From Carpediemonas membranifera BICM (Eukaryota; Protista; Fornicata): DNA of 64,000 bases. Position 1 is the stretch's first letter. Each line of letters starts with the position of its first letter. The DNA is taken from the NCBI GenBank assembly GCA_019828565.1, contig JAHDYR010000062.1, positions 793,666 through 857,665 on the forward strand, read 5' to 3'. A program made the translations under genes and the position numbers. A model generated the notes under the pieces. It did no database searches and had not been told where the DNA came from. It was given only the letters and a program-made list of their open reading frames with translations. This document shows, one piece after another, positions 45,726 through 57,479 of the stretch.

Positions 45726-46651
45726 ATAGATGGATAATCGGAGTATGTATATAAAGGGTTCTTTATGTTTACACTATCTTCACCAATCTACAGTCAATTA
45801 CGTCTATTGCGAGCGAAGAACAGCTTTCAGTAAGAAGTTTGAGGCAACTGTCAGGTAATTCTTAGTAACGTCGTCGGCAATGGCGTAATAGTCATCCATT
45901 TCAGTCAAGTGACTCAGCTTAACGCGCATTTGCTTGATTTCGGCGATAAACTCGGCCCGCTTCATTCGTTTGTCATAAAGTGCATTCCGGCCATATCACA
46001 AGTTTTCTTCATCACAAGGCACGCACGGGGGTGTAAGCGGGACCGAGGCTACCACCACAGCCTCTTCTGAGCCGATGGATACCTTTTGTTGATTTGCCAG
46101 AATTGACCAAACGACGAGGAATGCTTGATATGCCGCGTATGGATGATTTGAAGAAGAACTGAAGGTGAAAGACAAAGATCATAGAAATACACTTCATGCG
46201 GCTCACTTTTGGAGACATTGGAGGTAAATTAGCTTTTAGGATCGTTTTTCGTTTGCCAGGCAAAGTTTTGAGTGTTTTCTCGAGAATACTCGATGCCGTA
46301 TGCAATCTTGCTGCTATTTGATGCAGAACAAAGGTTGTTATGTGACACAGATGTTCTCACTTGCTTTCGGCCTTCTTTGTTGGCGAGCAAAAGCAAACTT
46401 CTTTGGGAGCAATTCCCAAAAATCGCATCTTTACGCACCCAGGAAATTTTATCTCGGCATACTGGACCAGTGGGGGAGGCACGGCAGTCTATCCCGACCC
46501 TAGATGAACCATGAGACAGTTTTTCGACGAGAGTTTGTGCGATGCCACTGACTTCGCGAGTGAAGGTCTTCAGCATGTTGTACGGATGTCTAAACGATGC
46601 CTTGTGCAAGTGCAAGGCGTAATACGCTGTAGTTTAATTGTTTGAGCGCGT

Positions 46652-46743
46652 TCATTTTTTCTTGCAATCGTCCTTTTTTCATGTATTCCGGGACTTATTC
46701 CGGGACTTAAAGTCCCGGTTAAAGTACCAGAAAAAACAGCATG
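46652..46743 (+). mobile_element. Candidate DNA-transposon terminus B with TATTCCGGGACT x2 and an inverted AGTCCCGG
   Basis: Abruptly joins the middle of a Gypsy integrase; similar to 11634-11715. Confidence 0.55.
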
Positions 46744-47209
46744 GAGTTCCGGATGAGGGGCCCGTACCGTGTCGAGTCTATTGACGAGCACGACACCTTC
46801 TCCTTGCTCAACCCCGTGACCAACGTGGTTGTGCGCCGCCACGCCAGCCGCCTGTTCCGTATTGCGCACCCGCTGACCCGGGAGCAAGCACGTCACCATT
46901 TCATGTCGGACTCCACCTTCGCCGTCGTTGAGGCTATTCACGACTGGCGCCTCCGTGCCACAGGTGAGCCTGAGTTCCATGTCGCGTTTGTGGGTACCGA
47001 CTCGGATGAGCACGAGTGGTACGCCGCCGCAGATCTGAAGACGAATGACGTCTTCGTCAAGTACATTGCCGGCAACTCCGCTGCCGCGGATGCCTGTAAG
47101 CGTTTTGAGACCTCCTCCCAGAGTCGCTCTGAGTAGAGTGGCGTGATCTGAGGGGGAGTGTGAGTGACGTAAAGTGCACCTCTGGAAGTTTCATTCAGTT
47201 AACGCCACA
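46744..47209 (+). mobile_element. 3' remnant of a second short-LTR chromovirus (integrase tail, chromodomain, PPT, 51-bp LTR 47159-47209)
   Basis: MRGPY..LLNPVT..ACKRFE homologous to the 3077 ORF C-terminus; GAGGGGGAG then TG...CA. Confidence 0.85.
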
Positions 47210-48123
47210 GAGGGCAGTACAAGCGGAATAAGCTCTGTCGAAGAGAACTGGTCCGAGAGATACGAGACGATGCACGCCGATTCGTTGAGAACAATGGCGA
47301 CAACTGTGCCTACGATGACGGCGACATGGACGTTTCTCAGCAGAGGCGCGATCATCATGGCTGTGGAGGCAAGGTTGGCTGCAAAGGCCACGAATAGAAC
47401 AAAATATAGGAAAAAATTGTTCAGGGTGAAGAATCTGATGTCGAAAGCAAGGCCACTGATGATGATCGGGGTCAACTGGATGCACATGACACAAAAGGCC
47501 ACCCCGTAGTTAACTGTCCAATAAACTGTGCGACGTACACCAAGGATCGACAAATGACGGCGCATTCCCAGAGAGATATCCGCAGCGAGGCCGACCAGGA
47601 TGGAGGGCAGCGCCATATGCAGTGCCATACCAAGCGGCTCTACGAGAGAAAGTGCTGTGTAGTCAACGGCGGCCTCGTCCTCCTCCCTGGGGTAGTCCGC
47701 GGTCGAGTGGGAGACGTATGAGAGGGCCGGGGAGACTGTCTGGAGCCAGGCGTTGGTCAGCATGTCATTCAGTGGGAGGAGGTGGGTGGATGAGAAGGAG
47801 CCCGCGCTGTTGGGCTGGGTAACGGTGTCGTTGACGAGGATCTTCACGTCAAGGCCGGTGGAGTCGGCCTTACTGAACACTACGGCACCCAGGGTCTCGT
47901 TGTGGTTGTCCCACGAGTCAAGGAAGAAGGTGTTTGCGGCAGCCTCAGATGCGGGCACGAACCTGGGAGAAACAACCCCGTTGATAGTGGAATTCTCAAT
48001 CCCTGCGAGAAAACCTGATGCACCGCTGTCGTCTAGCTTGCCTACATCGACCCCCTGCGTCCTCCGCATAGAAGACTGTGAATGGTTCAGGCTCGGAAGA
48101 CTTTGGACTGTGAGCGGCGGCAC
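47210..48123 (-). pseudogene. ABCA-type transporter membrane-domain fragment, cut by the LTR
   Basis: GAVVF..; RRHLSILGVRRTVYW followed by several TM helices; frame ends inside the LTR. Confidence 0.6.
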
Positions 48124-48392
48124 TGACCTGAGACCAGCGCTGTGTCATATTGCTAGGTGTGGAATCAGCTTCAAAGTATACGTCGAAGTTCGTGCTGAAC
48201 GTGCCGAACGGCCTGATGACCCATGATGAGTGGGAGGAGCGTCGTGTCGCTCGGGGAGCTTGCTAATGCCGAGATTTGATAAACCTGCTAGGGTTGGGTG
48301 GCAAGGCTGGCAGACCAGTGGGCGTCATTGTAAAGTCTGGTGTAAATTAGAGCATCCAGCCAGCATAAAGACGTTCTTTACATACACGACAC

Positions 48393-49724
48393 CTAGTTCT
48401 TCCCCTTCCGCTTCCTCGGCTTGCTGCTACCGCCCTTCTTCTTGCCCTTGTCAGCCTTGGTCTCCTGTGCGGCAGGCTCGAAGCTGAGGTCAGCCCCCTC
48501 ATCTTCCTCGGTCACCTTGAGGTCCTCCTCGTGTGTCTTCATATAAACCTTGGTCTTCACGATGGATGTCTTGACCATCTTGGCGAAGGCATCGAGGTCG
48601 ACCTTGTGAGGTATGATCTTGGCCTTCTCAACGGCGCCGTTGTCGCCCAAGTCAAAGCCGGCGTTGAGTGCGATCTTCACGACCACGTTGTCAACTCGCG
48701 CTATGACTGCCCAGCGGCAGAATGTCTCAGGCTTCTTCGGGTCGGCCTTGTTCCTAACCTTCTTAAGCAGAGCGGACATGCCGGCGTTGCGGTGGCCGAT
48801 GGTGAACTCACCGCGGCAGACGGCGGCCCAGGACGCGCCAAGGTCCCGGAGAGCGGGCGGCACGGCGTTGCTGGAGAGACAGATGAGGTCATGGTCCCTA
48901 AGATGGTCAAGGGCGCCCGAGATGAAGCGCTGGGCCCCCTTCTTTGAGGAAAACGCCCAGCGACCGTCAAAGATGCGCTGGACGCTCGAAGAGATGCCTG
49001 CGGCCCACACAGCCTGGCCAACATACACTGGGCGATACTTCTTGCTCACCTTAGAGTCGGGGTCAGCGCCGGGGGTGTCGTCGAGCACGAGGTTGGCGAT
49101 CTGGGGCACGTCGTTCATGCCGAGGAACATGTTGGACCGTGACTCCGCGGGCAGAGTGAGATTGACTTCAACAGAGTCGTGCAGTTTTGGGGCATCTGGG
49201 TTGGGGTCGTTGGAGACGTCGTCGGCGTCCTCCTCGGCCTCGTCGTTGACCGGGAGCTGGAAGGAGATGGTCTCGCCGGCCTCTGTTTCGATACGCTGCA
49301 GTGCCTCGAAGAATTCCTTGGCGGGCAGCTTATCGAGCTTGGCCGCGTCCGCGAGGTCGAGCTTGCGCTGGGCGATCTCCTTGCGTCTGAGCCACTCTGC
49401 GAGGTTAGCCTCGTCTCTCTTCGCCTTGATGTCAGCGGCGGCCTTCTCATCGACAGCTCCGCCCTTCTTCTCGGGGTAGGCGTTGACTGGCATCGTCTCG
49501 GGCTCCTGGTCGGGCAGGAGGTAGCCAACCTCGACGGCCCTGGCGCCCTTAGCGTCCTCGACGTTGACTAGCTGCAGCTGGAGGTCGCGCCACTCCTTAT
49601 AAATTGGCCCAACCGCCAGAGTGCCGTCAGCGACCTGCTTGGCGAGGTCGGCGGGGTTATAGTGTGGAGGGTTCTTCACGATCTTGCTGCCCTTGCTGAT
49701 GACGCCCTTGCTCGCCTTCTTCAT
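48393..49724 (-). CDS. Hypothetical ~443-aa protein, possibly with degenerate RT N-terminal motifs
   Basis: Long GC3-rich ORF, basic tail; 5' end abuts array 2. Confidence 0.65.
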   Translation of the reverse strand: MKKASKGVISKGSKIVKNPPHYNPADLAKQVADGTLAVGPIYKEWRDLQLQLVNVEDAKGARAVEVGYLLPDQEPETMPVNAYPEKKGGAVDEKAAADIKAKRDEANLAEWLRRKEIAQRKLDLADAAKLDKLPAKEFFEALQRIETEAGETISFQLPVNDEAEEDADDVSNDPNPDAPKLHDSVEVNLTLPAESRSNMFLGMNDVPQIANLVLDDTPGADPDSKVSKKYRPVYVGQAVWAAGISSSVQRIFDGRWAFSSKKGAQRFISGALDHLRDHDLICLSSNAVPPALRDLGASWAAVCRGEFTIGHRNAGMSALLKKVRNKADPKKPETFCRWAVIARVDNVVVKIALNAGFDLGDNGAVEKAKIIPHKVDLDAFAKMVKTSIVKTKVYMKTHEEDLKVTEEDEGADLSFEPAAQETKADKGKKKGGSSKPRKRKGKN

Positions 49725-49794
49725 CTTTGTCAGTGCCGACTCCGCTTGCCGGCTGACTCTCGCGATCAGTCCCGATCGCGGCCCAGTCGAGCGA

Positions 49795-51612
49795 ATGTGC
49801 ACTTTTTGCTCACAATTGATGTTTCACTGTAAGAGTTACACCACCGGGTCCACCACTACGAATGCAGCAGACTATGCTAAACCACAGTACTACTGCCAGC
49901 ATACTTCTATCTGGGAACAACCCAATGAGAAGCTCTGCAAATACAACCTTTCGAAGGGCGAACAACAGTACAAGAACGAGAACGACTTTGTTGCATCCAT
50001 TCCCACACGCTGTTTTGCTGGTGAGGACGTTATCGCCTGGTCTTACGCCCCTTCCTCCGAGAAAACGTCACTCGCACTCCTCACAACAGAGGACACGCTC
50101 AAGACTTCGCTGTTGAACGCAACTGAAGACGTTAAGACGAAGCTTAAGCAGCAGATTGGCCCTAAAGTAGCTGATCGCTTTACAGATGACCGGTTGCTCA
50201 GCCATCTCTCCACCGTGTTCGAGCCCTTCAGCAAGGCATTGCTGCACCATACCGCTCAGCCCGACGCCGTCGTGTTTGTTTACCTCCCCGAGCACGATTT
50301 CGGCTTCGTCGAGCTGTTGTTTGAGGCGAAGCGCGCTGGTAATGTTCTTAATGCAACAGGGCAGGCCTTTGTATACGCCGAGACTCTCCGCCTAACAGTC
50401 ATGCACGTGGTGCAGAAGAGGTTTGGCAGCGCGGATTGCTCAAAGGTCCCCGCTGTTCTCATGGATCGTTTCCCCGTCATCTCTTTGAGTTCCGCGCACG
50501 GCGTTGTGGGTCACCTGACGCCAGTTGGCGAGTTTGGCGTGTTCGCAGGCCCGTTCCCCGATGGTTACAACTGGACGTGGACGTGTGATAATTCTGCGGA
50601 ACTGAACGTCGAACAGTTCGTCGAGATGCAATGGAGCTACGTCATCGCTACTGCACGCACGCTTAACACTCAGCTGTGTGATACCGCCTCCTGGAAGCTG
50701 TTCTTCCCAACCAAGTTCTGTCCACAGGGCTGTGCAAAGGAGTGTGCGCGGATGGTCACCACCTCTAACTCATTCCTGTACTTCTACGAGGATGGCGACC
50801 ATAACAAGCTGCTGGCCAAGTTCGACCGCCACAGCCTTGGGCGCGCTGACCCCTCGTCAGACTTCATGAGCAAACGTACCCAATTTTCTATGTTCCGTAA
50901 GATCATGGACCATGTATATTGCGAGTGCTCAAGTGAACCAGTGGGAGACGTGAGGGAGAAGCCCCCCCAGATTGTGTCCATACGCCCAGGTGCGCGGCAT
51001 TGGAAACAGGTCAAGCCCATCTCCGAAGATTCGCTCTCCTATTCACTCCAGCGTGATCTGACGTCGACTCACCGCTTTGACATCACCGCTCTGATCGGCG
51101 CGATCTCTTCCCACCCCAAGCTGTTCGTCCAAAACATGATCCAACAGCTCTGCAACATTTACTGTGATGATGTCGATGGCATCTGTTCCACGATTCTTCA
51201 TCGCGACGCACGTCTCTGCAACATCTGCGTCATCAACAAGCTGCCCGATGCTGACTTTACTTTCGCCCCCGACGCCGAGAAAGGGGACGTTGCGTTCCGC
51301 CTGATTGACTGGGAGTGGATGCAAGTGTTTGATGGCTTTCGCCTTGTCTATGGGGATGCAGAACAAGCCCGCCGATCCCCCAACAACGTCGACCATGTAA
51401 CCTCCACTAGTTGCCAGCTGGCCCAGCTGATCGGCAGCATGGAGCATTACAATCATGTGAACAAGGTGGTAGGGATGGACAACGCTTTGACGTTGCTGGA
51501 GTCGTTGCAAGAGAAGATGAGCGGAGCCTCAGAAGTGCAAACCCTCGATGCGTTTGAGACGCTCATTCGCGAGTGGAGCACGGAGAATCTGAGTGTAAAC
51601 GGGGGGGACTGA
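49795..51612 (+). CDS. Nuclease-kinase copy 3
   Basis: Intact, near-identical to copy 1. Confidence 0.8.
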   Translation: MCTFCSQLMFHCKSYTTGSTTTNAADYAKPQYYCQHTSIWEQPNEKLCKYNLSKGEQQYKNENDFVASIPTRCFAGEDVIAWSYAPSSEKTSLALLTTEDTLKTSLLNATEDVKTKLKQQIGPKVADRFTDDRLLSHLSTVFEPFSKALLHHTAQPDAVVFVYLPEHDFGFVELLFEAKRAGNVLNATGQAFVYAETLRLTVMHVVQKRFGSADCSKVPAVLMDRFPVISLSSAHGVVGHLTPVGEFGVFAGPFPDGYNWTWTCDNSAELNVEQFVEMQWSYVIATARTLNTQLCDTASWKLFFPTKFCPQGCAKECARMVTTSNSFLYFYEDGDHNKLLAKFDRHSLGRADPSSDFMSKRTQFSMFRKIMDHVYCECSSEPVGDVREKPPQIVSIRPGARHWKQVKPISEDSLSYSLQRDLTSTHRFDITALIGAISSHPKLFVQNMIQQLCNIYCDDVDGICSTILHRDARLCNICVINKLPDADFTFAPDAEKGDVAFRLIDWEWMQVFDGFRLVYGDAEQARRSPNNVDHVTSTSCQLAQLIGSMEHYNHVNKVVGMDNALTLLESLQEKMSGASEVQTLDAFETLIREWSTENLSVNGGD

Positions 51613-52722
51613 GGCCCATTCATATGGTGATGCCACAAGACGAGATAATTTCACTCACGCGAGGTTCAGCTTTTGGTGCTCTCCGCGTCGCCTGCGGAGG
51701 CCCGGCCAGCGTCAATCTCAGCCCAACTCCTGGAGGCGCCCATTATGCGAGAAAAATACATGAGCAGACCATGCCGTCTCCGGGTGCTGAAGCGCAGAGC
51801 ATCCACGCTGACTCCGTTGGATGGCTTCACGTGTTGCTTCCCGAATCAGAATGTGACGGGCCCACCATTCTCGAACGATGAGATGAGGCATGCCGATGAT
51901 GCTCGGCGGCCCTGCTCTTGGTCACTGGATCGCTTGAAATCAGTTTACACAGATCTCACATCAATTGTCTGGCTGCATCCGCGGTACGTGACCTGCCTCC
52001 GGTTGGCGCTGACCGATGGCAGCGGGGGCATGTGACGGTGCGCTCTCGCGACGCCCTCTGGCAGGTCGATTGACTGGCGCTGCGCCATCTCGCACTCGCC
52101 GCCATAGTGGGCCATGTGCTTCCTGGTTGGCCACGCGGAGCAGGCACTTGTGGCAGAAGTCCTGGCCGCAAGGACATCAAGACATCTTGCAGCTGTTCAG
52201 GTCGCCCTCGCGCGACGTAAGCTCGCCGCATGTGGGGCAGCGGCGGATGACGGGGACGTCCACAGCGGTGCCTCTGCCGAGCGTGACCAGGCGGCACGTC
52301 TGCAGGATGTCGTTCTGCTCAACGAGCATCCTGATCTCGGCGCGCGAGCATGCCTGCTGGCGCCGCGGGATGACGTGGAAGTTGGCGGCCGCGCCTACTG
52401 TGGCAGGGGCCGAGTCGAGCTTGTGACAGTCCACTCCTTCCAACATCTCATCCATTCTTGGGAAAATATCCGACGCCAAGGCATCGGCGATGCTGAAATT
52501 GGGCCCAGAGCAAGTCATAGGCTACGTGAACTGGATGAGACCACGGCGAATCAGCTACCCTCAAAAAGAGCAGCCTCTCGCCGCATCATAATTCGGACGC
52601 GACTCGAGCGACTTCGTTCGCCGACTCACCAACACCACCCCACCTGAGTAAATCCGTTCCCCCGGACTCCGCTTGCCGAGCTGACTCTCGCGATCAGTCC
52701 CGATCGCGGCCCAGTCGAGCGA

Positions 52723-54541
52723 ATGTGCACTTTTTGCTCACAATTGATGTTTCACTGTAAGAGTTACACCACCGGGTCCACCACTACGAATGCAGCAGAC
52801 TATGCTAAACCACAGTACTACCGCCAGCATACTTCGATCTGGAAACAACCCAATGAGAAGCTCTGCAAATACAACCTTTCGAAGGGCGAACAACAGTACA
52901 AGAACGAGAACGACTTTGTTGCATCCATTCCCACACGCTGTTTTTGCTGGTGAGGACGTTATCGCCTGGTCTTACGCCCCTTCCTCCGAGAAAACGTCAC
53001 TCGCACTCCTCACAACAGAGGACACGCTCAAGACTTCGCTGTTGAACGCAACTGAAGACGTTAAGACGAAGCTTAAGCAGCAGATTGGCCCTAAAGTAGC
53101 TGATCGCTTTACAGATGACCGGTTGCTCAGCCATCTCTCCACCGTGTTCGAGCCCTTCAGCAAGGCATTGCTGCACCATACCGCTCAGCCCGACGCCGTC
53201 GTGTTTGTTTACCTCCCCGAGCACGATTTCGGCTTCGTCGAGCTGTTGTTTGAGGCGAAGCGCGCTGGTAATGTTCTTAATGCAACAGGGCAGGCCTTTG
53301 TATACGCCGAGACTCTCCGCCTAACAGTCATGCACGTGGTGCAGAAGAGGTTTGGCAGCGCGGATTGCTCAAAGGTCCCCGCTGTTCTCGTGGAGCGTTT
53401 CCCCGTCATCTCTTTGAGTTCCGCGCACGGCGTTGTGGGTCACCTGACGCCAGTTGGCGAGTTTGGCGTGTTCGCAGGCCCGTTCCCCGATGGTTACAAC
53501 TGGACGTGGACGTGTGATAATTCTGCGGAACTGAACGTCGAACAGTTCGTCGAGATGCAATGGAGCTACGTCATCGCTACTGCACGCACGCTTAACACTC
53601 AGCTGTGTGATACCGCCTCCTGGAAGCTGTTCTTCCCAACCAAGTTCTGTCCACAGGGCTGTGCAAAGGAGTGTGCGCGGATGGTCACCACCTCTAACTC
53701 ATTCCTGTACTTCTACGAGGATGGCGACCATAACAAGCTGCTGGCCAAGTTCGACCGCCACAGCCTTGGGCGCGCTGACCCCTCGTCAGACTTCATGAGC
53801 AAACGTACCCAATTTTCTATGTTCCGTAAGATCATGGACCATGTATATTGCGAGTGCTCAAGTGAACCAGTGGGAGACGTGAGGGAGAAGCCCCCCCAGA
53901 TTGTGTCCATACGCCCAGGTGCGCGGCATTGGAAACAGGTCAAGCCCATCTCCGAAGATTCGCTCTCCTATTCACTCCAGCGTGATCTGACGTCGACTCA
54001 CCGCTTTGACATCACCGCTCTGATCGGCGCGATCTCTTCCCACCCCAAGCTGTTCGTCCAAAACATGATCCAACAGCTCTGCAACATTTACTGTGATGAT
54101 GTCTATGGCATCTGTTCCACGATTCTTCATCGCGACGCACGTCTCTGCAACATCTGCGTCATCAACAAGCTGCCCGATGCTGACTTTACTTTCGCCCCCG
54201 ACGCCGAGAAAGGGGACGTTGCGTTCCGCCTGATTGACTGGGAGTGGATGCAAGTGTTTGATGGCTTTCTCCTTGTCGATGGGGATGCAGAACAAGCCCG
54301 CCGATCCCCCAACAACGTCGACCATGTAACCTCCACTAGTTGCCAGCTGGCCCAGCTGATCGGCAGCATGGAGCATTACAATCAGGGGAGCAAGGTGGTA
54401 GGGATGGACAACGCTTTGACGTTGCTGGAGTCGTTGCAAGAGAAGATGAGCGGAGCCTCAGAAGTGCAAACCCTCGATGCGTTTGAGACGCTCATTCGCG
54501 AGTGGAGCACGGAGAATCTGAGTGTAAACGGGGGGGACTGA
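52723..54541 (+). pseudogene. Nuclease-kinase copy 4 (extra T near 52945)
   Basis: Homopolymer frameshift, possibly a sequencing error. Confidence 0.7.
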
Positions 54542-55649
54542 GGCCCATTCATATGGTGATGCCACAAGACGAGATAATTTCACTCACGCGAGGTTCAGCT
54601 TTTGGTGCTCTCCGCGTCGCCTGCGGAGGCCCGGCCAGCGTCAATCTCAGCCCAACTCCTGGAGGCGCCCATTATGCGAGAAAAATACATGAGCAGACCA
54701 TGCCGTCTCCGGGTGCTGAAGCGCAGAGCATCCACGCTGACTCCGTTGGATGGCTTCACGTGTTGCTTCCCGAAGCAGAATGTGACGGGCCCACCATTCT
54801 CGAACGATGAGATGAGGCATGCCGATGATGCTCGGCGGCCCTGCTCTTGGTCACTGGATCGCTTGAAATCAGTTTACACAGATCTCACATCAATTGTCTG
54901 GCTGCATCCGCGGTACGTGACCTGCCTCCGGTTGGCGCTGACCGATGGCAGCGGGGGCATGTGACGGTGCGCTCTCGCGACGCCCTCTGGCAGGTCGATT
55001 GACTGGCGCTGCGCCATCTCGCACTCGCCGCCATAGTGGGCCATGTGCTTCCTGGTTGGCCACGCGGAGCAGGCACTTGTGGCAGAAGTCCTGGCCGCAA
55101 GGACATCAAGACATCTTGCAGCTGTTCAGGTCGCCCTCGCGCGACGTAAGCTCGCCGCATGTGGGGCAGCGGCGGATGACGGGGACGTCCACAGCGGTGC
55201 CTCTGCCGAGCGTGACCAGGCGGCACGTCTGCAGGATGTCGTTCTGCTCAACGAGCATCCTGATCTCGGCGCGCGAGCATGCCTGCTGGCGCCGCGGGAT
55301 GACGTGGAAGTTGGCGGCCGCGCCTACTGTGGCAGGGGCCGAGTCGAGCTTGTGACAGTTCACTCCTTCCAACATCTCATCCATTCTTGGGAAAATATCC
55401 GACGCCAAGGCATCGGCGATGCTGAAATTGGGCCCAGAGCAAGTCATAGGCTACGTGAACTGGATGAGACCACGGCGAATCAGCTACCCTCAAAAGAGCA
55501 GCCTCTCGCCGCATCATAATTCGGACGCGACTCGAGCGAGTTCGTTCGCCGACTCACCAACACCACCCCACCTGAGTAAATCCGTTCCCCCGGACTCCGC
55601 TTGCCGGCTGACTCTCGCGATCAGTCCCGATCGCGGCCCAGTCGAGCGA

Positions 55650-57479
55650 ATGTGCACTTTTTGCTCACAATTGATGTTTCACTGTAAGAGTTACACCACC
55701 GGGTCCACCACTACGAATGCAGCAGACTATGCTAAACCACAGTACTACCGCCAGCATACTTCGATCTGGAAACAACCCAATGAGAAGCTCTGCAAATACA
55801 ACCTTTCGAAGGGCGAACAACAGTACAAGAACGAGAACGACTTTGTTGCATCCATTCCCACACGCTGTTTTGCTGGTGAGGACGTTATCGCCTGGTCTTA
55901 CGCCCCTTCCTCCGAGAAAACGTCACTCGCACTCCTCACAACAGAGGACACGCTCAAGACTTCGCTGTTGAACGCAACTGAAGACGTTAAGACGAAGCTT
56001 AAGCAGCAGATTGGCCCTAAAGTAGCTGATCGCTTTACAGATGACCGGTTGCTCAGCCATCTCTCCACCGTGTTCGAGCCCTTCAGCAAGGCATTGCTGC
56101 ACCATACCGCTCAGCCCGACGCCGTCGTGTTTGTTTACCTCCCCGAGCACGATTTCGGCTTCGTCGAGCTGTTGTTTGAGGCGAAGCGCACTGGTAATTT
56201 GTCTGGTAATGTTCTTAATGCAACAGGGCAGGCCTTTGTATACGCCGAGACTCTCCGCCTAACAGTCATGCACGTGGTGCAGAAGAGGTTTGGCAGCGCG
56301 GATTGCTCAAAGGTCCCCGCTGTTCTCATGGAGCGTTTCCCCGTCATCTCTTTGAGTTCCGCGCACGGCGTTGTGGGTCACCTGACGCCAGTTGGCGAGT
56401 TTGGCGTGTTCGCAGGCCCGTTCCCCGATGGTTACAACTGGACGTGGACGTGTGATAATTCTGCGGAACTGAACGTCGAACAGTTCGTCGAGATGCAATG
56501 GAGCTACGTCATCGCTACTGCACGCACGCTTAACACTCAGCTGTGTGATACCGCCTCCTGGAAGCTGTTCTTCCCAACCAAGTTCTGTCCACAGGGCTGT
56601 GCAAAGGAGTGTGCGCGGATGGTCACCACCTCTAACTCATTCCTGTACTTCTACGAGGATGGCGACCATAACAAGCTGCTGGCCAAGTTCGACCGCCACA
56701 GCCTTGGGCGCGCTGACCCCTCGTCACACTTCATGAGCAACCGTGCCCTATTTTCTATGTTCCGTAAGATCATGGACCATGTATATTGCGAGTGCTCAAG
56801 TGAACCAGTGGGAGACGTGAGGGAGAAGCCCCCCCAGATTGTGTCCATACGCCCAGGTGCGCGGCATTGGAAACAGGTCAAGCCCATCTCCGAAGATTCG
56901 CTCTCCTATTCACTCCAGCGTGATCTGACGTCGACTCACCGCTTTGACATCACCGCTCTGATCTGCGCGATCTCTTCCCACCCCAAGCTGTTCGTCCAAA
57001 ACATGATCCAGCAGCTCTGCAACATTTACTGTGATGATGTCTATGGCATCTGTTCCACGATTCTTCATCGCGACGCACGTCTCTGCAACATCTGCGTCAT
57101 CAACAAGCTGCCCGATGCTGACTTTACTTTCGCCCCCGACGCCGAGAAAGGGGACGTTGCGTTCCGCCTGATTGACTGGGAGTGGATGCAAGTGTTTGGT
57201 GGCTTTCTCCTTGTCGATGGGGATGCAGAACAAGCCCGCCGATCCCCCAACAACGTCGACCATGTAACCTCCACTAGTTGCCAGCTGGCCCAGCTGATCG
57301 GCAGCATGGAGCATTACAATCAGGGGAGCAAGGTGGTAGGGATGGACAACGCTTTGACGTTGCTGGAGTCGTTGCAAGAGAAGATGAGCGGAGCCTCAGA
57401 AGTGCAAACCCTCGATGCGTTTGAGACGCTCATTCGCGAGTGGAGCACGGAGAATCTGAGTGTAAACGGGGGGGACTGA
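55650..57479 (+). CDS. Nuclease-kinase copy 5
   Basis: Intact; carries the NLSG insertion. Confidence 0.8.
   Translation: MCTFCSQLMFHCKSYTTGSTTTNAADYAKPQYYRQHTSIWKQPNEKLCKYNLSKGEQQYKNENDFVASIPTRCFAGEDVIAWSYAPSSEKTSLALLTTEDTLKTSLLNATEDVKTKLKQQIGPKVADRFTDDRLLSHLSTVFEPFSKALLHHTAQPDAVVFVYLPEHDFGFVELLFEAKRTGNLSGNVLNATGQAFVYAETLRLTVMHVVQKRFGSADCSKVPAVLMERFPVISLSSAHGVVGHLTPVGEFGVFAGPFPDGYNWTWTCDNSAELNVEQFVEMQWSYVIATARTLNTQLCDTASWKLFFPTKFCPQGCAKECARMVTTSNSFLYFYEDGDHNKLLAKFDRHSLGRADPSSHFMSNRALFSMFRKIMDHVYCECSSEPVGDVREKPPQIVSIRPGARHWKQVKPISEDSLSYSLQRDLTSTHRFDITALICAISSHPKLFVQNMIQQLCNIYCDDVYGICSTILHRDARLCNICVINKLPDADFTFAPDAEKGDVAFRLIDWEWMQVFGGFLLVDGDAEQARRSPNNVDHVTSTSCQLAQLIGSMEHYNQGSKVVGMDNALTLLESLQEKMSGASEVQTLDAFETLIREWSTENLSVNGGD

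Noticed and set aside
9973-46743. Helitron, Polinton or endogenous giant virus
   Set aside because: No Rep/helicase, PolB, packaging ATPase or capsid motifs recognised; hairpins lack a properly placed CTRR end.
49684-49794. Signal peptide on nuclease-kinase copy 3 (642-aa ORF)
   Set aside because: TTG-started extension is the antisense of the neighbouring gene's Lys-rich start and is absent from the other copies.
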